In this document: in pieces, positions 35,616-46,293 of the stretch | Layout of the letters: each line of letters begins with the position of its first letter | How positions within the stretch are numbered: position 1 is the stretch's first letter | Made by a program: the position numbers and the translations under genes | Notes under the pieces: generated by a model | What the model was told of the DNA's origin: nothing | What the model saw: only the letters and a program-made list of their open reading frames with translations | Databases searched by the model: none | Source of the DNA: Tubulanus polymorphus | Lineage: Eukaryota; Animalia; Nemertea | Assembly (NCBI RefSeq): GCF_964204645.1 | Contig: NC_134027.1 | Coordinates: forward strand, 17,756,560-17,820,559 | Direction of reading: 5' to 3' | DNA length: 64,000 nt

Positions 35616-38600
35616 TCGGGTTAGTTTTACTATCAACGGGTGGCGCTGTATGTAAATTTCACATAAATCAACGACTTTCGGCTATTAGCGGTACTTAAGA
35701 CCACTTGAAAACATCGTAGTCAATTACGGTAGTAGTGAACATAAAAAGATACAGTACAAAGATACAGTACGGTGTACAGTTAAGGACATGATTCCATAGG
35801 ACCCATACCAGAGACATTTTGTTCAGACAAGGACTCTTAGTTAAACACTAATCTTCATTTTCAGCAATTAACGATCTGGCGAATTAATTAGTGATTCGGT
35901 CTTTCGGTGGTTCGAGATAAAATGCCCGCAAAATGAGAACCTAACGAACCAGGGCTGACCACAAATTGCCCAACAGATAAATTTTCGAAACGACACAATC
36001 CAATCATGTTTGGTATCAAATGTGGCGTGGACCATGGTCTTTTAACTGACCAATGCATCCCCAGTACTGACCATATAGTAAATTATTTGTTTGCAAACAA
36101 TTAAGTTGTTTGGTGTCAAATAACTAGATATGATGTGGGCATTAATCAAAAAATTGTTTAACTGACCAATGCTTGACCAGTACAGACCAGTTACCAGTGC
36201 TAACCAGAACCCCCATAAGTAATTTATATGTTTAGTGAATCCTTCGTTAGTACTACTAGCTCTTACATTTAAATTTGTCGCTTGAAAAAGTCTTGTCCGA
36301 TTTTTGTTGTAGGTAGCGAGCTAACTTTGAAATTCCGCTAAAATGCATAAGATTTTTACGTAGGGTTTTGAACGAACAACGTTTCCATTTGTAATTGTAA
36401 CGTGCGCATTTGAGCCTGTAACGTGCACATTTCACTCGCGTGAACGTGCGTATCGGTACCAACATGCGAGACTTGTCAAACTTTTACGATCAAGACTTTT
36501 AAACTGAACAAAGAAGATATCATATCATATTATATATAAATGAATAGATGGAATGATAATGTAGTAGTTTGAAATGTTTCGTAGCTGCTGTCCACTGACC
36601 ACAGATAAAAGCTAATTGCCTGATATGAAATATATTTTTTTGTTATAGAGATGTACGTAGTAGATCAGTGAGAATTCAAACTTATGGTTAATTTTGAGTG
36701 ATCACAACGCTAACCAATAGAGAAAGCTGTAAGGCCTAAGAAAAGATGCATTAAGTATAACATATCTTTCAATATAATGATGAAGTATTCAACTGGCCAT
36801 CACAACAATAGTTTGACTTATCTTATTGAAAAATACCGGAGTGTGTTAATGGGAAAACCTTGAATTCGAAACAATTCCACACTCAATCGTTTACTTTGAA
36901 AACACAATTTGCATTCTGTGGACATGTATTTTTTTCTGCACCAAAAGCATGAAGTATATTATCTTTGCTTGTACAAGTTTGGAATTTTGGGGAAGATTTT
37001 TGGCTTCGTTAACCTGTGAACACGTCCTTCATAAATTTTCTAAGACCGACCCTTGAAATAATGCTGAGAGTTTCGAGGATAATTTTGGTAGGATGTAAAC
37101 TTAGGCCGCTTCGTATCCGTGGATGGTTGCTAATTATTGATTCTATACACAATAATCATAAGTACCATGAGATTCGATAGAATATCGTTTTTCAATCATA
37201 CGTACACGAATTATCGCGATATAAAGATAAATAATTTGTTCATATACTTTTTAGGTCTTATACTGTATATTTCTTTAGTAGTATAAATAAAGAGTGGATC
37301 AGCAGGCCACCTGAGACCATTCCACGATCTAAGGTCAGTTGCCAAAATTTAGTAAGTTTACCAGTGGATAGTTTACATTTATAATGACAATTAAATTTTC
37401 ATTGCTAAAATAACTTTGTACTTGTTGACTCAAAAGCAGAGAATTGAAAATACGATAATACGATACGAAAACTCAGTGTACAAATTCAAAAAGATTATCT
37501 CTAGTGAGAGATCGAACGTTGTGTCGTAATTTTCTAATGATAAAACATGGTTTGAAATTTGAAATGTGTACATAGTTGATCTTTTTCAGTGTATTTAGTC
37601 ATGTATCATATTGGATGATGGTTAATTTAAACTATCTTTTGAGAAACGGGTCCCAGAGCTGTATCCTTTACTCCTGTAATAGAGGATGCAATCTATTTGC
37701 GACAAACAGCTAGTGCAAATAGCTAGAAAAGGTAACAATAGTGCATTGGCAAACTTACATTGGTTGTTTAGGTTTTTCGAAGGGGAGAATTTGTGGGAAA
37801 ATTAATCATTTCTGAGATATATCCGTGGCGAGCTTTTCCAGGGATTTAAAAAGTTGAGCTGTACACAAGGAATTTTGTGTAGTCCAATATCCGTGATTAC
37901 CTCTGGCGTGGAGAGATACAATCTAAAAACAACCCTAGAGTCAAATATTTTACCACAATTTTTTATGATCAATAAAAAGATTGAGTAATAGACATTCAAA
38001 CAGTATTATCTAAATTCCACTCCATTTTAAACTCATTCATCTCTACACAAACTCCAACTTGTTGAACAGTCCACATTAAACTAGGGACCACTATTCTTGC
38101 TCATCTACACTGGCTACCAATCTAACAAAGGATTAAATTTGAGTGTTTGATGTTATAACAATACCAGTCTGAATTATGGATTCGGTTTCTACTTTTTAAT
38201 TGAACATTTATATCACATATTGGGCATCATTTTTACCAGTATATATGGAATAACCTATCCACATATCATGTTCAATTTTATATAATCTGATTTTTGAGAT
38301 GTCATTCAATCAATGCATTCACATGCGGTCGTTGCTTTCAATAGCCACCACGGATTGGCTCCTTATTATTTCTTTGGCGATACCATTGGCGGACGATCCC
38401 ACACGTTTCTTGCTCCAGCCCTAGAATGCTCAATGTTCGTCATGAAACCCGATTTGAATTTAAATTCAAAATACTCCTAAAACACACCTGTTAACTAGAT
38501 TACTCTAAAACACCTTTATGTGCAAGAATCAGTGAAATTGGCGCTTTATCAGTTGTATTCATCATTCGTACCCACGAATCTCGTATCGTATCCTATGAAT

Positions 38601-40554
38601 GTGGAGACCCATCCTCGTAAAGAGAATGAATAGGCTCTGTTGCGTTCAAATCATTTGATATGAGGCTACGTGTCATCTTCAATTGAAATCACGTTGTTTT
38701 TTTAAAGGGTGGGCGAGAATATATTCTTATGCTTTTGTTTCTCTGAATGTTGCTATTTAAGAGTTCAATAATTTCAGTCTACCAAACAAAGGATTTTCCG
38801 TATGTTTCGTGACATGTTTTTCCATAACCCTAGGAGAGCATTTTAGGTATTTTTTTGCGGATGACCGAAAGCTGCTGTCCATTTCTAGTAATGTGATGAT
38901 ATCCGTCGAAATCTAAATTCTAAAAAGGAATCAGGCATATCTTCTTGTTTGATTAAATATGAACTCAACAACAAGTGACACTCCCTTCAAAGGCGCCGAA
39001 GTAAAATCATGTGTCGAGTGGAGATGATATTGTGTCAGAATTTCTTCAAAATCGGAGAAAAATAGAATATTTTGAAAATAATCATTTTACATGTATGTTT
39101 AAATCCGTTATAACTGGAGCAATTTTCATGAAAAAAATATCTATGGAATCAGCGAAATGTAACTAAGAAGAATACTATGTTTAAAAAGTTATCAAAGACA
39201 TTTGAAAAAAGTTTTCTGAATTCGTCAACTGTTAAACTAGTAACAACCAGATGTGTTCCCATTAAACCACCGACCGCGAGCCGAGTCGATGTGAGATGTG
39301 CCCTACACTGAAAATCTCAAGTGCTATACAACCGGTTTTTTAGGTGCCTCTGAATGTCGGCCGTTTTAAAAAACTGAACAATTCCCATTTGAAAAGGGCC
39401 TACGTAGTTAGAGAAAATTCAAGATGTGTATATCGTGTGATACAGGCTCCATATTTCATGTGCGTTTGGAATTTAACCTTGTTTATAACGAAACACGCAT
39501 GTATTTATGCTATTTTAGATTTAAAAAGAGCGCACGAAAGTGTTTCATGAGATCCGCAAATAACGTCAAGTTATTCATGCATTTTTGATTTATATGAATA
39601 AATTTCGCTTCGAAATCTTTAAATTTCTCAGGTGAATTATTCAATAAATTCACAACAGTCCATTATGGATTAGTTTGACGCCAATCGTTCTTTTAAAGAT
39701 CACAAATTTTTAAAGATATTCATACTGAAGGATATCACAGTTTATACCCGAAGATATATATAGTTGGATAGATCTTTTTGTTTCGACTCGCATGCGACAG
39801 TAAAAACGGTACTTGATATAATAAGTGAACTTCATCATTGATATTTTCACTAATCTACTTGAATTCCAAAAAAGAACTGACAATGAAAAAGGGTTACAGC
39901 TGTGACTGATATCACTCCAAATTTCAATTCCTATGAACACTTTTCATATAAAGAAAACTATTAACGAAACAGTTTTTAGAGGCGCAGAATCCGCGTTACC
40001 ATCGAATTTTCATAACTAGAAGGAATGGTTAATGCCTCGGTGATCACTGGTCTAGTACGCGGTTTTCTGAAATGAAAGTGGCCAAGTCTAAAGAACAACT
40101 ATTGTATCACATGACTTCAAATATTAGGAACCCAAATGCGTTTAATGATTTAATTAATTGGTATCGCGCAGATTGGTTGAAAGACGGGTGTTAGTCACCT
40201 TGTGATTTAATTGTTTTTCATGCATCGATTAATTAATCTTATCATAACTTATTTGTAGGCGCTTCCCGCAAACATTTTCTATTCGTTGAGTTTTCAAACG
40301 CAGTACTGTTCAGATGATTCGAGTCAAGTAGTAAAAAAGTTTATGTATTAGCATTACTATGCAGTGAAAATAACGCACTGCGGCAAGTGAGGTGCTGTGA
40401 TCCAAATGTGTAACCCATTTATGGGTAATAAATTTCCATCATGTCAACGCCATTCAAAAACAGTAGCAGAAAACATTCTGCTGGTTTCTAGAAATAGCAA
40501 TACGACGACAAGCACTTTCGAATTCGACCACGATATTTGAGAAGTTTCACTTGG

Positions 40555-41125
40555 GCAGTGGTGGTCAGTGATGGTCAATTTATGAATTTTAATGGCGAAT
40601 CCTTTCTAGTTTCACACCAAATGCGGTACCGGTATATCGTTCTTTCAAGAAGTTGCAATTGGTCAGTGGTGGTCAGTGATGGTCAATTTATTAATTTTCA
40701 ATGGCGAATCCTTTCTAGTTTCACATCAAATGCGGTACCGGTATATCGTTCTTTCAAGAAGTTTCAATTGGTCAGTGGTGGTCAGTGCTGGTCAATTTAT
40801 GAATTTTCAATGGCGAATCCTTTCTAGTTTCACATCAAATGCGGTACCGGTATATCGTTCTTTCAAGAAGTTTCAATTGGTCATTGGTGGTCAGTGATGG
40901 TCAATTTATTAATTTTCAATGGCGAATCCTTTCTAGTTTCACATCTAATGCGGTACCGGTATATCGTTCTTTCAAGAAGTTTCAATTGGTCAGTGGTGGT
41001 CAGTGATGGTCAATTTATGAATTTTCAATGGCGAATCCTTTCTAGTTTGACACCATAACGCGGTATATCGTTTTCATATTCGAGAAGTTTTAATTGGTCA
41101 TTGGTGGTCAGTGATGGTCAGTGAT
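40555..41125. repeat. ~109-bp tandem repeat in E1 (about 5 units in A, 3 in B at ~50315-50615, 2 in A' at ~33295-33535)
   Basis: GGTCAGTG.TGGTCAATTTAT... recurs at 40563, 40671, 40780, 40889 and 40998. Confidence 0.92.
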
Positions 41126-41676
41126 GAATTTGCAATGACGATTCCTTAGTAGTTTGAAAACAAACATTACATGATAAATTTCCAAAATTCGAAGTCAAGT
41201 GTTCAGACTCGGGGATATCTCAATTGGTCAGTTACTGACCATCATGGTGTCACCATTGTGGTCTATAGCTCAAATGAAACATGTGGAACCGACGAAGGGG
41301 CCCAAAAGCGTTAAGTCATTTCCTGGAGTGACGTGATCCAAAAATGCCCTAACTGGAAAAGGCAGTCTCTCAATTGGATGAAACCAAATCGGACAGGACT
41401 ATTAAAATTTGGGAAGGTCACAGGTAGTGGTCTTTCTACGAAGCCCACGCGGTGAGCGTATTATCATGAAATCTTTTTTTAATACACCATGTACCACGAA
41501 AGTAATAAGCATCGTTGTAAGCACTTGAAACAGCCATTAACCACTTGAAACTGTCAGATCAAACATCATACCGCATCCCCGCAAGGAGGGGTGGTTCAGC
41601 AAACCGGAGTTTTCATTGGCCTCTCTAGACTACCCCACCAGTACGGGTAGCCGAGCAAACCGGAAAACTCATAATG

Positions 41677-42306
41677 TCTACATTGTAAAGAATGTAGGTT
41701 TTGCTGAAGGAAGGCACCCGGTGGCGTGACCAAAAAAATCACCCAACATATGATAGACTCGAGCAAATTAAGGGACCCGTGATTAAAAAAGAAAAAAAAT
41801 CATTTTCTGCGAAAAACAACGTGGGAGTTTGGGAATGTTGATTACATATTGAGAGCCTATTGTTTTATTGATTACACGAGAATAAATTTTTCTGTAGCTA
41901 AAAAACGTCAGATTTCTACATTAAATCTCATGGCTTCAATACTTTATATGTTTTACACTAAAGATTTGTTCCTAAGTATTACAACGGGTTGCATGGGTAC
42001 CGAATTAGTGGAACAACGGTATATTACATACGGATTATAGCGAATTTTACTCGAAACGGAAAAGGGGATAACGTTTGAAAAACGGGAGTAAAAAACACAT
42101 AAAGATACGATATGTTAAAAACGTGCGGCATTTTTCTCCCAGGGATTGGCAAAATTTTGAGTTAATTATTCAGTACTTGTGTGGAGCGGGATGGTCATTT
42201 TCTAACACGCGGACCGCGCGCGCGCGTTATTCTCCGGGACTCGACCCTTAGTGATGCTGTGAATCCGGCGCGCTTATTATTCTAAAACATTCGACCCGTT
42301 GCTAAG
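41677..42306 (-). mobile_element. Fragment of HINE-like family H2, continued at 51168-51305 after E1 copy B
   Basis: Reverse complement of ~57702-58282; the empty site CCCGTTGCTAAG|GGACTGTGC is seen at 57693-57713 (reverse). Confidence 0.85.
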
Positions 42307-45300
42307 CATTATGAGAATGCCGGTTTGCTAGCGTATCTATTTAACACCTCTATTGCTCGGGTTAGTTTTACTACCAACGGGTGGCGCTGTATGTAAATTT
42401 CACATAAATCAACGACTTTCGGCTATAAGCGGTACTTAAGACCACTTGAAAACATCATAGTCAATTACGGTAGTAGTGAAAATAAAAAGATACAGTACAA
42501 AGATACAGTACGGTGTACAGTTAAGGACATGATTCCATAGGACCCATACCAGAGATATTTTGTTCAGACAAGGACTATTAGTTTAACACTAATCTTCATT
42601 TTCAGCAATTAATGATCTGGTGAATTAATTAGTGATTCGGTCTTTCGGTGGTTTGAGATAAAATTCCCGCAAAATTAGAACCTAACGAACTAGGGCTGAC
42701 CACAAATTGCCCAACACATAAATTTTTGAAACGACACAATCCAATCATGTTTGGTATCAAATGTGGCGTGGACCATGGTCTTTTAACTGACCAATGCATG
42801 ACCAGTACTGACCATATAGTAAATTATTTGTTTGCAAACAATTAAGTTGTTTGGTGTCAAATAACTAGATATGATGTGGGCATTAATCTAAAAATTGTTT
42901 AACTGACCAATGCTTGACCAGTACTGACCAGTTACCAGTGCTAACCAGAACCCCCATAAGTAATTTATATGTTTAGTGAATCCTTCGTTAGTACTACTAG
43001 CTCTTACATTTAAATTTGTCACTTGAAAAAGTCTTTTCCGATTTTTGTTGTAGGTAGCGAGCTAACTTTGAAATTCCGCTAAAATGCATAAGATTTTTAC
43101 GTAGGGTTTTGAACGAACAACGTTTCCATTTGTAATTGTAACGTGCGCATTTGAGCCTGTAACGTGCACATTTCACTCGCGTGAACGTGCGTATCAGTAC
43201 CATTATGCGAAACTCGTCAAACTTTTACGATCAAGACTTTTAAACCGAACAAAAATGATATCATATCATATTATATATACATAATAATGAATAGATGGAA
43301 TGATAATGTAGTAGTTTTAAACGTTTCGTAGCTGCTGTCCACTGACCACAGATCAAAGCTAATTGCCTGATATGAAATATATTTTTTTGTTATAGAGATG
43401 TACGTAGTAGATCAGTGAGAATTCAGACTTACGGTTAATTTTGTGTGATCACAACGCTAACCAATAGAGAAAGCTGTAAGGCCTAAGAAAAGAGGCATTA
43501 AGTATAACATATCTTTCAGTATAATGATGAAGTATTCAACTGGCCATCACAACAATAGTTTGACTTATCTTATTGAAAAATACCGGAGTGTTAATGGGAA
43601 AACCTTGAATTCGACACTCAATTCCACATTCGACACTTCAATTCCACACTCAATCGTTTACTTTGAAAACACAATTTGCATTTTGTGGACATGTATTTTT
43701 TTCTGCACCAAAAGCATGAAGTATATTATCTTTGCTTGCAAAAATTTGAAATTTTGGGGAAGATTTTTGGCCTCGTTAACCTGTGAACACGCCCTTCATA
43801 TATTTGCTAAGACCGACCCTTGAAATAATGGTGAGAGTTTCGAGGATAATTTTGGTAGGATGTAAACTTAGGCCGCTTCGTATCCGTGGATGGTTGCTAA
43901 TTATTGATTCTATACACAATAATCATGAGTACCACGAGATTCGATAGAATATCGTTTTTCAATCATACGTACACGAATTATCGCGATATAAAGATAAATA
44001 ATTTGTTCATATACTTTTTAGGTCTTATACTGTATATTTCTTTAGTAGTATAAATAAAGAGTGGATCAGCAGGCCACCTGAGACCATTCCACGATCTAAG
44101 GTCAGTTGCCAAAAGTTAGTTAGTTTACCAGTGGATAGTTAACATTTATAATGACAATTAAATTTTCATTGCTAAAATAACTTTGTACTTGTTGACTCAA
44201 AAGCAGAGAATTGAAAATACGATAATACGATACGAAAACTCAGTATACAAATTCAGACAGATTATCTCTAGTGAGAGATCGAACGTTGTGTCGTTATTTT
44301 CTAATGATAAAACATGGTTTGAAATTTGAAATGTGTACATTTGATCTTTTGATCTTTTACATTTGATCTTTTTCAGTGTATTTTGTCATGTATCATATTG
44401 GATGATAGTTAATTTAAACTATCTTTTGAGAAACGAGTCCCAGAGCTGTATCCTTTATTCCTGTAATAGAGGATGCAATCTATTTGCGACAATCAGCTAG
44501 TACAAATAGCTAGAAAAGGTAACAATAGTGCATTGGCAAACTTAGAGCAAGCGCACATTGGTTGTTTAGGTTTTTCGAAGGGGAGACTTTTTGGGAAAAT
44601 TAATCATTACTGAGATATATCCCAGGCGAGCATTTCCAGGGATTTAAAAAGTTGAGCTGTACACACAAGGAATTTTGTGTAGTCCAATATCCGTGATTAC
44701 CTCGTGGAGAGATACAATCTAAAACCAACCCTAGAGTCAAATATTTTACCACAATTTTTTATGATCAACAAAATGATTGAGTAATTGACATTCAAACAGT
44801 ATTATCTAAATTCCACTCCATTTTAAACTCATTCATCTCTACACAAACTCCAACTTGTTGAACAGTCCACATTAAAATTAGGGACCACTATTCTTGCTCA
44901 TCTACACTGGCTACCAATCTAACAAAGGATTGAATTTGAGTGTTTGATGTTATAACAATACCAGACTGAATTATGGATTCGGTTTCTACTTTTTAATTGA
45001 ACATTTATATCACATATTGGGCATCATTTTTACCAGTATATATGGAATAACCTATCCATATATCATGTTCAATTTTATATAATCTGACTTTTGAGATGTC
45101 ATCCAATCAATGCATTCGTATGCGGTCGTCGCTTTCAATAGCCACCACGGACTGGCTCCTTATTATTTCTTCGGCGATACCATTGGCGCACGATCCCACA
45201 CGTTTCTTGCACCAGCCCTAGAATGCTCAATATTCGTCACGAACCCCGATTTGAATTTAAATTCAAAATACTCCTAAAACACACCTGTTAACTAGACTAC

Positions 45301-46293
45301 TCTAAAACACCTTTATGTGCAAGAATCAGTGAAATTGGCGCTTTATCAGTTGTATTCATCATTCGTACTCACGAATCTCGTATCGTATCCTATGAATGTG
45401 GAGACCCATCCTCGTAAAGAGAATGAATAGGCTCTGTTGCGTTCATATCATTTGATATGAGGCTACGTGTCATCTTCAATTGAAATCACGTTGTTTTTCT
45501 AAAGGGTGGGTTAGAATATATTCTTATGTTTTTGTTTCTCTGAATGTTGCTATTTAAGAGTTCAATCATTTCAGTCTACCAAACAAAGGATTTTCCGTAT
45601 GTTTCGTGACATGTTTTTCCATAACCCTAGGACAGCATTATAGGTATTTTTTCGCAGATGACTGAAAGCTGCTGTCCCTTTCTAGTAATTTGATGATATC
45701 CGTCGAAATATAAATTTTAAAAAGGAATCAGGCATATCTTCTTGTTTGACTAAGTATGAACTCAACAACAAGTGACACTCCCTTCAAAGGCGCCGAAGTA
45801 AAATCATGTGTCGAGTGGAGATGATATTGTGTCAGAATTTCTTCAAAATCGGAGAAAATTGAATATTTTGAAAATAATCATTTTACATGTATGTTTAAAT
45901 CCGTTATAACTGGAGCAATTTTCATGAAAAAATATCTATGGAATCAGTGAAATGTAATTAAAAGAATACTATGTTTAAAAAGTTATCAAAGACATTTGAA
46001 AAAAGTTTTCTGAATTCGTCAACTGTTAAACTAGTAACAACCAGATGTGTTCCCATTAAACCACCGACCGCGAGACGACTCGATGTGAGATGTGGCCTAC
46101 ACTGAAAATCTCAAGTGCTATACAACCGGTTTTTAGGTGCCTCTGGATGTCGGCCGTTAAAAAACTGAACAATTCCCATTTGGAAAGGGCCTACGTAGTT
46201 AGAGAAAATTCAAGATGTGTATACCGTATCGTGTGATACAGGCTCCATATTTCATGTGCGTTTGGAATTTAACCTTGTTTATAACGAAACACG

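Larger units (their letters stand above)
32722..41676 (+). mobile_element. E1 copy A (~6.1-kb TIR element) with an inverted partial copy inside its left TIR
   Basis: Left end CATTATGAGAATGCCGGTTT (32722-32741); body resumes at ~35607; right end AGCAAACCGGAAAACTCATAATG at 41676. Confidence 0.9.

Noticed and set aside
32742-41676. Palindrome as an assembly or fold-back read artefact
   Set aside because: The arms differ by many SNPs, indels and repeat number, and A' has markers of copy C; an artefact would be near-identical.
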